From contig CBDCTS010000007.1 of the NCBI GenBank assembly GCA_965222345.1, forward strand, positions 43,853-107,852: a DNA stretch of 64,000 nucleotides, in the 5' to 3' direction. Shown piece by piece: positions 1-9,930 of the stretch (positions are counted from its first letter, which is position 1; the number at the start of each line of letters is the position of its first letter). The notes below the pieces were generated by a model. That model searched no databases and was not told the origin of the DNA. It was given only the letters and a program-made list of their open reading frames with translations. The stretch comes from Terriglobia bacterium (GTDB lineage Bacteria; Acidobacteriota; Terriglobia; 2-12-FULL-54-10). The position numbers and the translations under genes are program-made.

Positions 1-38
1 TGCCTACGGGTCAGAATTTTGACGACGGAACAGCAGAA

Positions 39-1206
39 GTGGCAAGCCCGGCGTCGAGGGCTACCACCGAAGACTTCTTGATGGGACGATTCGATTCCAA
101 TATCTCAGAGAGTGATTCCTTCTTTCTGAGCTTGACTACCAGTGCCGCGAAGTTGGTGGCGCCTGAGGATCTGCCCCTCTTCGCCGACAATACAGAAACC
201 CGAAACTACACGGCGAGCCTGGAATGGACGCACATCTTTTCGCCAAGGTTGCTGCATGTGGCTGGGGTGGGTTTCGACCGCGCATTCTTCCTTAACGAAG
301 GCCGCCCGCAGAGCGCTCTCGACCCTTCGCTCGACTTTACCCCGGGTGCGGGGTTTGGAGAGATTGACTTTCAGACCAACATTACAACGTTGGGGCAGGT
401 GAACGCTCTCAATGAGATCACAAACAATACGTTCCAGTTCTCTGAACGATTCCTTTACAGCACTGGGTCTCACAGTTTGAAGGCGGGGTGGCAGATTCAG
501 CGAATTCGGAGAAATGAGATTCCAACGCTTCGTCAGCGGGGAACTCATCGCTTTGGGTCCCTGGAGGATTTTCTCGCCGGCGAACCCAATCGCTTTACCG
601 GTATCATACCCGGTGATGTCCGTGGAGCAACTCTGAACCTGGGCCTGGTGGCGCAGCCGAATTTCAGGAAAGGCTGGCGCCAAACCTACGGGGGCTTCTA
701 TGTGCAGGATTCCTGGAAAGCGACACCGACTTTTTCCGTCGATGCGGGTCTGCGGTTTGAATTCGCAACGGCTCCGGACGAAGTGGATGGCAAAACTCAC
801 CGATGGCTTGTGGACAAGTTGGTGCCGGAGGGCCTGTTTCTCCAGACGACTCCGGTGCTTGGAAAGCCGGTCTTCGATCACACCTCCACAGGCTTGGGTC
901 CGCGCCTGGGACTTGCGTGGGATCCGAGGGGAGACGGCAGGACGGTCATTCGGGTAGGTGGGGGGATGTTTTTTGAGCAGTTGGACAACAAGTTTCGGTT
1001 TTTCATGGACGCCTCTCCCCCGTTTACGGCCCGGGCGCAGTTTAGCGGGGAAGGGGATGTCCCCTTTCCAAGGCCCTTTGAAGGAAGGGATGCGAGTGAA
1101 TTAACCATTGAGGGTCGGGGGGTGGATCCCAACGCCGAAAAGGCGACGGTGTTTCACTACAACCTGGGCGTGCAACAGGAGCTGTTTTCAGACCTGGCCC
1201 TGAAGG
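39..1206 (+). pseudogene. TonB-dependent outer-membrane receptor, 5' portion (N-terminus lies upstream of the window), truncated by IS insertion
   Basis: The reading frame is continuous with 4053..4991 once the two IS copies are removed. The junction peptide ...DLALKV is repeated at both junctions. The 3' part ends in the receptor C-terminal motif (QIQFGLRLEF), as does the intact paralog at 28768..31968. Confidence 0.75.
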
Positions 1207-1207
1207 T

Positions 1208-2621
1208 GTTGTTAGCAAGTTAAAATGTCCGGTATATGTAGCAAGTGAAATGTCCGCTTTCATGATTCTACCGAAAGTGATTTGGCGCTGACCGAAGGAG
1301 CCCGTAGGGCGACGGAGGTGAGCGCCAAATGGTGTTGTCGGGAAGCCACAGGGCTCCGCCGCCGACCGCCGCACCGGATCGCCACCCCCTCGGAGGAGTA
1401 GCGGCCCACCGTGTGCGGCCCATAGCCAATGCTTAACGTCCCATCCAGGTGTTCATAGACGGTCACCCGGCAGCCCGCCAGAGTCCCGCGCCAAGGAGTT
1501 TTCTCGATCTGGAGGAGGCGGTTCTCCAGACTGACCGTATTGTCCCGATTCACTATCCGCTGGTGCTGGATCGAGAAGATTCGCTCTAACTCCCGCCTGG
1601 CTGACGGCAAAAAGGCGCTGCCTGGTTGGGTGGCCGGCACGGCAAAGCGCCGGTTGAACTCCCCGATATAGCCCTCCCGCAGGAACCGATTCGCTGCCTC
1701 TAGCGTGATGATTCCCCGCAGGCGCAGTTCCTGCGGCAGCCGCCCTTGCCAGGTCCCGAAGTTCCGCTCGCTGCGTCCCCGCGCCTGCGGCGAATAGGCC
1801 GGAATCATCTGAATGCCCAGCTCCCGCAGGGCGCGGCCCACCTGGGTCAGCCGTTGCCGATCCACCGGCTCGCCCGCCTTCCGGGTCAGGAAGAAATGAC
1901 TGGCCCGGTCGCTATAAAGGGCGCAAAAGATCCCCTGCTGCTCGACCACCTCCCGCAGGGCAGCCAGCACCGTCCGCGTCGATTCCTGCTCTACCAGTTG
2001 CGCATAGTAAATCTCGCTGCTGGCATCATCCAGGACCACCAGCAGGTCATACCAGCGATCATCGACAAACCACCGATGCTGGCTCCCATCCAGATGCAGC
2101 AGCATTCCCGGCAACGGCCGCCGGGGCCGCCTCTGGCGGTGCAGGCCCCGCTTCCGCCTCCTGTTCACTAGCCCCGCCCCTTGCAATGCCAGCTTCACCC
2201 AGGTGTAGCTCAGCCGGAGGCCGTGCTCTTCCCGCAGCTTTTCGTGAAAGTGCCGCACGTTGAAGTCAAAGTACTTCTCCTGATACAGCCCCAACACCTT
2301 CTCCACCGTCCCCAGGGGTACCCGCCGCGGACTCGGCTTTCCCCGCCGCCGGTCAAACAGCCCGTCGTAGCCGTACTGCTCGTACCGGCTGCGCCACCGC
2401 CTCATCTGCCGGTCGCTGATCCCGATGATCTCGGCTGCCTGCCACCAGTTGATCCGCTTCCCTATCGCTCGCAAAATTACTTCTTGTATCTTCATCGCCC
2501 GCTCCATCGCAGCTTCCGAGTAGAACTTCATGCCACCTCCTGGCAAAAAGCCCTACCCTACGCCGCTCAAAGCGGACATTTCACATGTTAATTAGACCGG
2601 ACATATCATGTGCTAAGAACA
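1208..2621 (-). mobile_element. ISNCY-family (IS1202-group-like) insertion sequence, copy 1 of a head-to-tail tandem pair
   Basis: ~1414 bp with imperfect ~48-bp terminal inverted repeats (TGTTGTTAGCAAGTTAAAATGTCCGG...GTGAAATGTCCGCTTT). Single 428-aa HTH + rve transposase. 99-100% identical to the copies at 2640..4052 and 37068..38482. Confidence 0.85.
1260..2546 (-). CDS. DDE transposase (N-terminal HTH + rve integrase core), ISNCY/IS1202-like
   Basis: 428-aa ORF, identical in all three copies. The N-terminal segment AAEIIGISDRQMRRWRSRYEQYGYDGL...RRGKPSPRR...LYQEKYFDFNVRHFHEKL matches the IS1202-group transposase architecture. Confidence 0.8.
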   Translation of the reverse strand: MPGGGMKFYSEAAMERAMKIQEVILRAIGKRINWWQAAEIIGISDRQMRRWRSRYEQYGYDGLFDRRRGKPSPRRVPLGTVEKVLGLYQEKYFDFNVRHFHEKLREEHGLRLSYTWVKLALQGAGLVNRRRKRGLHRQRRPRRPLPGMLLHLDGSQHRWFVDDRWYDLLVVLDDASSEIYYAQLVEQESTRTVLAALREVVEQQGIFCALYSDRASHFFLTRKAGEPVDRQRLTQVGRALRELGIQMIPAYSPQARGRSERNFGTWQGRLPQELRLRGIITLEAANRFLREGYIGEFNRRFAVPATQPGSAFLPSARRELERIFSIQHQRIVNRDNTVSLENRLLQIEKTPWRGTLAGCRVTVYEHLDGTLSIGYGPHTVGRYSSEGVAIRCGGRRRSPVASRQHHLALTSVALRAPSVSAKSLSVES

Positions 2622-2639
2622 AGCCATCGCTATTTTCTG

Positions 2640-4052
2640 TTGTTAGCAAGTTAAAATGTCCGGTATATGTAGCAAGTGAAATGTCCGCTTTCATGATTCT
2701 ACCGAAAGTGATTTGGCGCTGACCGAAGGAGCCCGTAGGGCGACGGAGGTGAGCGCCAAATGGTGTTGTCGGGAAGCCACAGGGCTCCGCCGCCGACCGC
2801 CGCACCGGATCGCCACCCCCTCGGAGGAGTAGCGGCCCACCGTGTGCGGCCCATAGCCAATGCTTAACGTCCCATCCAGGTGTTCATAGACGGTCACCCG
2901 GCAGCCCGCCAGAGTCCCGCGCCAAGGAGTTTTCTCGATCTGGAGGAGGCGGTTCTCCAGACTGACCGTATTGTCCCGATTCACTATCCGCTGGTGCTGG
3001 ATCGAGAAGATTCGCTCTAACTCCCGCCTGGCTGACGGCAAAAAGGCGCTGCCTGGTTGGGTGGCCGGCACGGCAAAGCGCCGGTTGAACTCCCCGATAT
3101 AGCCCTCCCGCAGGAACCGATTCGCTGCCTCTAGCGTGATGATTCCCCGCAGGCGCAGTTCCTGCGGCAGCCGCCCTTGCCAGGTCCCGAAGTTCCGCTC
3201 GCTGCGTCCCCGCGCCTGCGGCGAATAGGCCGGAATCATCTGAATGCCCAGCTCCCGCAGGGCGCGGCCCACCTGGGTCAGCCGTTGCCGATCCACCGGC
3301 TCGCCCGCCTTCCGGGTCAGGAAGAAATGACTGGCCCGGTCGCTATAAAGGGCGCAAAAGATCCCCTGCTGCTCGACCACCTCCCGCAGGGCAGCCAGCA
3401 CCGTCCGCGTCGATTCCTGCTCTACCAGTTGCGCATAGTAAATCTCGCTGCTGGCATCATCCAGGACCACCAGCAGGTCATACCAGCGATCATCGACAAA
3501 CCACCGATGCTGGCTCCCATCCAGATGCAGCAGCATTCCCGGTAACGGCCGCCGGGGCCGCCTCTGGCGGTGCAGGCCCCGCTTCCGCCTCCTGTTCACT
3601 AGCCCCGCCCCTTGCAATGCCAGCTTCACCCAGGTGTAGCTCAGCCGGAGGCCGTGCTCTTCCCGCAGCTTTTCGTGAAAGTGCCGCACGTTGAAGTCAA
3701 AGTACTTCTCCTGATACAGCCCCAACACCTTCTCCACCGTCCCCAGGGGTACCCGCCGCGGACTCGGCTTTCCCCGCCGCCGGTCAAACAGCCCGTCGTA
3801 GCCGTACTGCTCGTACCGGCTGCGCCACCGCCTCATCTGCCGGTCGCTGATCCCGATGATCTCGGCTGCCTGCCACCAGTTGATCCGCTTCCCTATCGCT
3901 CGCAAAATTACTTCTTGTATCTTCATCGCCCGCTCCATCGCAGCTTCCGAGTAGAACTTCATGCCACCTCCTGGCAAAAAGCCCTACCCTACGCCGCTCA
4001 AAGCGGACATTTCACATGTTAATTAGACCGGACATATCATGTGCTAACGACA
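2640..4052 (-). mobile_element. ISNCY/IS1202-like insertion sequence, copy 2 (tandem with copy 1)
   Basis: Same ends as copy 1. Separated from copy 1 by an ~18-bp spacer. A 17-bp direct repeat of target DNA (GACCTGGCCCTGAAGGT) flanks the pair at 1190..1206 and 4053..4069. Confidence 0.85.
2691..3977 (-). CDS. DDE transposase, ISNCY/IS1202-like (identical to 1260..2546)
   Basis: 428 aa, 100% identical protein. Confidence 0.8.
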   Translation of the reverse strand: MPGGGMKFYSEAAMERAMKIQEVILRAIGKRINWWQAAEIIGISDRQMRRWRSRYEQYGYDGLFDRRRGKPSPRRVPLGTVEKVLGLYQEKYFDFNVRHFHEKLREEHGLRLSYTWVKLALQGAGLVNRRRKRGLHRQRRPRRPLPGMLLHLDGSQHRWFVDDRWYDLLVVLDDASSEIYYAQLVEQESTRTVLAALREVVEQQGIFCALYSDRASHFFLTRKAGEPVDRQRLTQVGRALRELGIQMIPAYSPQARGRSERNFGTWQGRLPQELRLRGIITLEAANRFLREGYIGEFNRRFAVPATQPGSAFLPSARRELERIFSIQHQRIVNRDNTVSLENRLLQIEKTPWRGTLAGCRVTVYEHLDGTLSIGYGPHTVGRYSSEGVAIRCGGRRRSPVASRQHHLALTSVALRAPSVSAKSLSVES

Positions 4053-4991
4053 GACCTGGCCCTGAAGGTTGCGTACGCGGGATCGAAAGGGTATCATCTG
4101 AGCAATCAGATCAGCGCGAATCTCCGGCCAGCGGTAATTCTTCCTGATGGGAGAAAACATTGGCCCAATAGGCGCGGGCCATTCGCCAACCCCATCTTGG
4201 GCGCCGTAAATATCTTGAACGCCAATTCTAATTCTTGGTACAACTCCCTCCGGGTTGAACTGGAGAAGCGGTTTGGCAGTGGCGGGGGGACGCTGGAGAA
4301 TCTTCGCTTCAAGTGGGCTTACACCTTTGCCAAATCCATTGATCACCATTCAGTCAACCAGAACAGCGCGGCACGCAACGGTCGATCGCGACCACTGGAC
4401 TCATTCGATCTCGAGAGAGAAAAGGCGCTTTCCAACTTCGATCTCCGCCACAACGTGACGTTCAATTTCGGCTACGGGCTCCCACGGTTTTATTCGGGTG
4501 GTGGGTTCGGAGCCACGCTGCTCAATGACTGGTCCATCAATGGGATTCTGACGGGGAATACCGGCCACCCGGCAGGAGTTGAAGTCGGGACTAACCGGTC
4601 TCAAAATGGGGAATCCTCCGTCGTTGACCGGCCGGATCTGGTGCCGGGAGGGGACACGAATCCCGTGTTAGGGGGTCCGGATGAATACTTTGATTTCCAA
4701 GACTTCCTTTTCCCGGGGGCCGGCTTTCACGGCAATCTGGGCCGGAACACTCTGATCATGCCGGGGTTGGTGACTTTTGATTTTTCCCTGGTCAAAGCTT
4801 TTCCCCTCTCGGAAAGGTTCGGGCTTCAGTTCCGGTCCGAGTTTTTCAACCTGTTCAATAGGCCGAACTTTGGAGCGCCGGCAAAGAGGCTTTTCAACAG
4901 TCGCGGCAAGCTACGCGGGTCGGTTGGACGAATTAGTAACACGGTGACCACCGCTCGCCAGATACAGTTTGGCCTGCGGCTGGAATTTTGA
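4053..4991 (+). pseudogene. TonB-dependent receptor, 3' portion (continuation of 39..1206)
   Basis: Begins with the duplicated target DLALKV. Ends FRSEFFNLFNRPNF...RQIQFGLRLEF, the typical TonB-dependent receptor C-terminal barrel strand. Confidence 0.75.
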
Positions 4992-5078
4992 TCGCACTCC
5001 GGGGTAGAGCAGGAAGAGGTCCAAGTTTCGGCTCCAGGATCTGCTAGATCAAGCATCCATCGAGAGGAGGGAGAACAA

Positions 5079-6377
5079 GTGGATAACAAGAAACCTAGTC
5101 GCAGGCGATTCCTGAAGGAGGGAGTTGCGCTGCCGGTTCTCGCCATGGGTGGAATAGGCTCGGCCAGAGGTCAGACAACTGGGGCCCAGACACCCAAAGT
5201 ATGGCCCGAAGAATCCCGCGCTTATGGCAAGCGCTCAAGCTTCGACGACTTGGGGCGTGTTACCGAAAGCGGTAATCTCAGCAGCGGTGCGTTATTGACT
5301 CCGCATCAGGATTTGGAGGGGATCATCACTCCATCCCCACTCCACTACGTGGTGTCGCACGGGAATATTAATTCTGCCTTGGCCATCGACCACCGGAAGC
5401 ATCGTTTTCTGCTCCACGGCTTGGTCGACCGTCAATTGATCTTCACCCTGGAGGAGCTGAAACGCCTGCCCTCCGTATCCCGGATTCACTTTCTCGAGTG
5501 CTACTCCAACACCAACCCAACCCATCGGGTTCCTGTCGGCCCTGCCTCCAATACCACCCCAAGTTATCGGGGCCATGAGACGGTCCAGCTATCGCACGGG
5601 CGCACCAGTTGCAGCGAATGGACGGGGGTAAAGCTGTCCATGCTGCTCAAGGAGGCAGGCCTGCAGCCAGGGGCCAGTTGGCTGGTTGCGGAAGGGGCAG
5701 AGGCGGCTAGGCTTGCGATAAGCATTCCGCTGGAGAAGGCCATGGACGACGCGATGCTGGCCTACGCGCAAAATGGCGAGCCGTTGCGTCCTGAGAATGG
5801 CCACCCCTTGCGTCTGTTGGTCCCCGGCTTTGAAGGGATCAATAGCGTGAAGTGGCTGAGGCGAATCAAGGTGGTGGACCGGCCCTACGGGACCAAGAAC
5901 GAAACCGCCCAGCACACCCACCTGGGACCGGACGGCAAAGCGCGTTGGTTCATGTTCGAATTAGGGCCGAAGTCGGTCGTCACCAGACCCTCGGGCGGAC
6001 AGCGATTGCCTGGCCCCGGATTTTACGAGATCACCGGATTAGCTTGGTCGGGTGGAGGTACCATCCGAAGGGTGGAAGTCTCCACCAACGGGGGCCGAGA
6101 CTGGAAAGATGCGCAGCTTCAGGAGCCGGTGCTGCGATTGGCACATACCCGGTTTCGCTTCACTTGGAATTGGAACGGAGAAGAGGCGGTGTTGCAGTCC
6201 CGCTGCACCGACGATCAGGGGACCGTCCAGCCCTCGATAACCGAGGTTGCTAACGTCTGGGGTGTGAGCCTGGACTATTTCCAAACCACAACCAATAGCG
6301 TCGGGAGGTTCAATCCCATTCAACCCTGGAGGGTAACCCGTGAAGGTAACGTTCAAAATGCGTTATGGGAGTTCTAA
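5079..6377 (+). CDS. Sulfite-oxidase-family molybdopterin oxidoreductase (SorA/SoxC-like sulfite dehydrogenase catalytic subunit), TAT-exported
   Basis: Twin-arginine motif SRRRFLKEG at the N-terminus. The Mo-domain and dimerisation region are conserved. ~65% identical to the paralog at 16999..18249. The 3' end overlaps the downstream cytochrome gene. Confidence 0.75.
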   Translation: MDNKKPSRRRFLKEGVALPVLAMGGIGSARGQTTGAQTPKVWPEESRAYGKRSSFDDLGRVTESGNLSSGALLTPHQDLEGIITPSPLHYVVSHGNINSALAIDHRKHRFLLHGLVDRQLIFTLEELKRLPSVSRIHFLECYSNTNPTHRVPVGPASNTTPSYRGHETVQLSHGRTSCSEWTGVKLSMLLKEAGLQPGASWLVAEGAEAARLAISIPLEKAMDDAMLAYAQNGEPLRPENGHPLRLLVPGFEGINSVKWLRRIKVVDRPYGTKNETAQHTHLGPDGKARWFMFELGPKSVVTRPSGGQRLPGPGFYEITGLAWSGGGTIRRVEVSTNGGRDWKDAQLQEPVLRLAHTRFRFTWNWNGEEAVLQSRCTDDQGTVQPSITEVANVWGVSLDYFQTTTNSVGRFNPIQPWRVTREGNVQNALWEF

Positions 6378-6954
6378 GGTTCTGGCACCAGCGATGGTTC
6401 TAGCTACCTGTGTCGTGGCAGTAGCGCAGACGCCAACCTATAATCTGGGCAGAACCCCGAGTGCTGAAGAAATCCGGGCCTGGGACATCTCCATCGGACC
6501 CGAAGGGAAGGAACTGCCTCCGGGCAGCGGAACCGCCGAACAAGGCGCGCCGATCTATGCCCAAAAGTGCGCGGCCTGCCATGGATCAACCGGTGCGGAG
6601 GCCCGTGGCCCGTCTCGTTCAACGACTCGCAGATCACGTGCCCCCTTGGTGGGAGGCCAAGGCACCCTCACCAGTATTCACCCTGTGAAGAGTATCGGGA
6701 GTTACTGGCCTTACGCAACGACGGTATGGGACTATATCAACCGCGCTATGCCAGCGGACCAAGTGGGATCCCTCACTGCCGACGAGGTCTATGCATTGAC
6801 CGCGTTACTGCTTTATCGAAACGGCATCATCCAGGAGAGCGACGTCATCGACGCCAAGAGTCTTCCAGAAGTCCGCATGCCGAACAGAAATGGATTCGTC
6901 CCGCCGGTGGAAAAACTCAGTCGATGGCGTTGCCGCCAAGGACCTTGTCCTTGA
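6340..6954 (+). CDS. Monoheme cytochrome c (SorB-like electron-acceptor subunit)
   Basis: Signal peptide and a single CAACH heme-binding motif. Paralog of 16437..17033. Translationally coupled to the upstream Mo-enzyme gene. Confidence 0.7.
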   Translation: MKVTFKMRYGSSKVLAPAMVLATCVVAVAQTPTYNLGRTPSAEEIRAWDISIGPEGKELPPGSGTAEQGAPIYAQKCAACHGSTGAEARGPSRSTTRRSRAPLVGGQGTLTSIHPVKSIGSYWPYATTVWDYINRAMPADQVGSLTADEVYALTALLLYRNGIIQESDVIDAKSLPEVRMPNRNGFVPPVEKLSRWRCRQGPCP

Positions 6955-7135
6955 AGCACGCTGGCTAACGGAACTCTCCGATCTTCGAAGAGCAGAGGCT
7001 TCAGCTTTCTTGCCATGAAGGCTTAGAGGTTCAGTGCATCGAGCGCCTGAGGTGAAGAATACCGGGGCGTTGGTTTCAAACGATCTGTTTCCTTCCTCGC
7101 CTTGGACTATGCAAATTTGAGGGCCGGAACATGGA

Positions 7136-8800
7136 TTGCTGGAGGAAAAGGCCGTGCTAACCAAGATCAGTATGCCTAAGACAAGTCGAGGAGCGGTGAT
7201 GCTGATGATGGCTTTGGCCATGATGGGCTCCGACCGCTTGCAAGCTCAGAACAGCACCCTGACGGGTGTTGTCCAAGACGCTTCCGGGCAGCCGGTAGCC
7301 GGAGCTCTTGTCAAAGTCAAGAACTCAGATGCCGGCCTCACCTTCATGGTCGTGAGCCAGGTGCAAGGCCGATTCATCACCCCGATCCTTCCTCCCGGCA
7401 GCTACATGGTCCAGGGTTTCGGAGGTGGTTACCAAAGCTCTCAGTCGGGTCCAGTCGAGCTCAGCGAAGACCAGCAGGGGAAAGCGAATCTGGAGTTGAG
7501 TAACCCTCATAAGACGGTTGCACCAGGAAAGAAGATGACAGACACCGACTTCGCCAAGCTCATGCCGGAGGGAGACGGCAAACAACTTGTTCGAACCCAA
7601 TGTGTTCTCTGCCATGGCCTGGATCGGGTTGTTCCCACGAGGCATACCAGGGAACAGTGGCAACATACCGTGGACCGCATGCGGGCGTTTATTAATGAAC
7701 GCAGCGACCTTCAAAAGCGAATCAATCGCGGGCCCCTGTCGGATCAGGAATGGGATTTGGTCCGGGATTATCTGGCCGATAATTTCGGCATGGACAAGCC
7801 CCGCCTTCCCCGGAAGGGACCGCCCGATCCCAACCAACATTTCTCCAACACCTTGCTTCAGGGCGCCGAAGCTAAGTTCATCGCCATGGAGTTGGAACTG
7901 CCGAGCAATCGGGATGAATATGAGGTCGCCATAGATTCCAAGGGTACTGCCTGGATCAGCGAAAGAGAGACCAGCATGTTCGGTCGTTTCCACCCAGAGA
8001 CGTTTACCTATACCCGTCTTTCTACTCCCCCGGGCCAGGTTCCTCGCTTGGTGGCTCAAATCGGGGTCGATCCACGCGACCATGTATGGATTCTGGACAA
8101 CGGCCTCCGTCCGAAGGCCGAGTTACTGGAGTACGATCCCAAGACCGAGGAGTTTAATATCTATGAGATTCCCGCTCCCCCGGTATTCGGTTACGCTCCC
8201 CTCAACACACTCCGATTCCTGGATGGGGATGTCTGGGGACCGGGAAACGTATCCAATCGGATCGTGAAGCTGGACCCGAGTACCGGAGAAGTGAGTCTGT
8301 ACCCTGTTCCCAAAGGTTCACACCCGTACGGGATCGATGTCGGCCCAGATAAGATGGTTTATTACGTTGCCATGTATGACGACGAAGTTGTTCGACTGGA
8401 CCCGAAGACCGGCCAGCTAACACCATTCAGAGTGCCAACCCGGAAATCCGGACTGCGTCGGATGGGGGCCGACGCTGAAGGAAACCTCTGGGTAGGGGCC
8501 CAGAACATTGACAAACTGGTTAAGGTTGATCCTCGAACAGGCGAGGCTACCGAGTACACGGTACCCACAAAATATTCCGGCGTTTACACCGCAGACGTGG
8601 ACAAGGAACATAACCTGATCTGGTTCGTCGAGCGGGAAGCAGACAGAATCGGCCGGTTTGATCCGGCCAGCAACACTTTTGTCGAGTTTCCTCTGGTAAC
8701 TGCAGGAACGGAGTCCCGAAGGATTCTGGTAGACAAAAGCAACCCCAACCGGATCTGGTTTACAGGCCAGCGGATAGGCTACATTGAGGTCGTGGAATAA
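7136..8800 (+). CDS. Secreted CarboxypepD_reg-like domain + cytochrome c (CVLCH) + Vgb/NHL-like beta-propeller fusion protein
   Basis: Signal peptide; TGVVQDASGQPVAGALVKVKN Cna-B/CarboxypepD_reg segment; CxxCH motif; C-terminal repeated propeller blades. Paralogs at 13159..14826 and 40139..41425. Confidence 0.65.
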   Translation: MLEEKAVLTKISMPKTSRGAVMLMMALAMMGSDRLQAQNSTLTGVVQDASGQPVAGALVKVKNSDAGLTFMVVSQVQGRFITPILPPGSYMVQGFGGGYQSSQSGPVELSEDQQGKANLELSNPHKTVAPGKKMTDTDFAKLMPEGDGKQLVRTQCVLCHGLDRVVPTRHTREQWQHTVDRMRAFINERSDLQKRINRGPLSDQEWDLVRDYLADNFGMDKPRLPRKGPPDPNQHFSNTLLQGAEAKFIAMELELPSNRDEYEVAIDSKGTAWISERETSMFGRFHPETFTYTRLSTPPGQVPRLVAQIGVDPRDHVWILDNGLRPKAELLEYDPKTEEFNIYEIPAPPVFGYAPLNTLRFLDGDVWGPGNVSNRIVKLDPSTGEVSLYPVPKGSHPYGIDVGPDKMVYYVAMYDDEVVRLDPKTGQLTPFRVPTRKSGLRRMGADAEGNLWVGAQNIDKLVKVDPRTGEATEYTVPTKYSGVYTADVDKEHNLIWFVEREADRIGRFDPASNTFVEFPLVTAGTESRRILVDKSNPNRIWFTGQRIGYIEVVE

Positions 8801-8902
8801 GAAGAGGGAGCCTACCTTCCCTTTCGACAGTAAGACATCTGGATGACATGACTATCGAGGCGGAGGAATGGCCCTTAAAATTGGGAGGCGAATAGAAGTC
8901 AG

Positions 8903-9551
8903 ATGAAAGGGATAACAAGCAAAGCGCTGTTTTCGTTCGTAAGTCTGGTCTTGGCAGTGACCCTGCTAGTGGGCAGCGCAGGGCTCCGGTCCGCTTCCTC
9001 CCAATCGGCAGTAGCGGACTCCCCTCCTCCCCTGGCTGAAGAGGTCTACGAAAATATCGATGTCCTAAAAGGTGTGCCCTATAGTCTGGTGATTCCCACA
9101 ATGTATCTGTTCTCGGAGTCACTTGGCGTAGAATGCGACTATTGCCACGCCCCAAGCAGGATGCGGCATTTGGACGTGAAGCCTGCCAAACAGACCGCAA
9201 AAGAAATGCTGCGGATGGTCAATACCATCAACCAGAACAACTTCGGTGGAAATCCCAAGATCACTTGTCAAATGTGCCATCGTGGGCGCCCCAAGCCGGT
9301 CGATCAACAGATTCTCGCCGGTGAGCCTCTGGAGATACTCTCCGCCGAATCGAATCGAGCCGGGGATATCGATTCGGAATTGGAGCTCACGGTGGATCAA
9401 GTTCTCGACACTTACACAACCGCACTTGGCGGGGCAGCCGCTCTTGAGAAGATTTCCACCCGCGTGGAAAGGGGTGTTGTTACCGAGCGCAGGACCGACC
9501 GACCCGAGACGGTTGCGGTGGAAATCTATTCCAAGTTTCCGGACAAACGGT
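8903..9551 (+). pseudogene. Diheme c-type cytochrome, 5' part, interrupted by an IS3-family insertion
   Basis: Signal peptide and two CxxCH motifs (CDYCH, CQMCH). Reading resumes in frame at 10813 (SVAHIGNLEPAFGIYDGEEGW...). This aligns residue-for-residue with the intact paralog at 15161..16378. Confidence 0.75.
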
Positions 9552-9628
9552 GGACCTGCCCCCCCAAAAACGGTCCAGTTGATAAGTTAGAGTAAAGGGT
9601 TTCAACTGGACTTGAAAAAGGGGGAAGG

Positions 9629-9907
9629 ATGGCTAAGAAGCGGTATACGGTCGAACAGATCATCCGACATCTACGAGAGGCAGAAGTGGAACTGGCTAAG
9701 GGCCAGACAACGGGAGTGGTCTGTCGGAAGTTGGGAATCACGGAGCAGACATATTATCGATGGCGGAAGGAGTATGGGAGCTTGCGGGTTGATCAGGTGA
9801 GGCGTTTGAAGGAACTGGAACGGGAGAATGGCCGACTGAAGAAGTTGGTAGCGGATCAGGCGTTGGACCTTGCGATTCTGAAGGAGGCATCCTCGGGAAA
9901 CTTCTAA
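9629..9907 (+). CDS. IS3-family transposase OrfA (HTH)
   Basis: 92 aa. MAKKRYTVEQIIRHLREAE...RWRKEYG is the typical IS3/IS911 OrfA helix-turn-helix followed by a leucine zipper. Confidence 0.85.
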   Translation: MAKKRYTVEQIIRHLREAEVELAKGQTTGVVCRKLGITEQTYYRWRKEYGSLRVDQVRRLKELERENGRLKKLVADQALDLAILKEASSGNF

Positions 9908-9930
9908 GCCCGTGCCGACGGAGGCAGGCA

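Noticed and set aside
1746-2591. Long ORFs antisense to the ISNCY-like transposase (141 and 136 aa, repeated in all three copies)
   Set aside because: They are Pro/Arg/Leu-rich with no motifs, embedded opposite a well-supported transposase in high-GC DNA. These are typical spurious antisense frames.
6592-6660. Suspected compensating double frameshift in the SorB-like cytochrome (Arg-rich RSTTRRSRA segment absent from the paralog)
   Set aside because: The alternative frames do not restore a better match to the paralog. A 6-aa insertion in a loop is equally plausible. Cannot be decided without an alignment.
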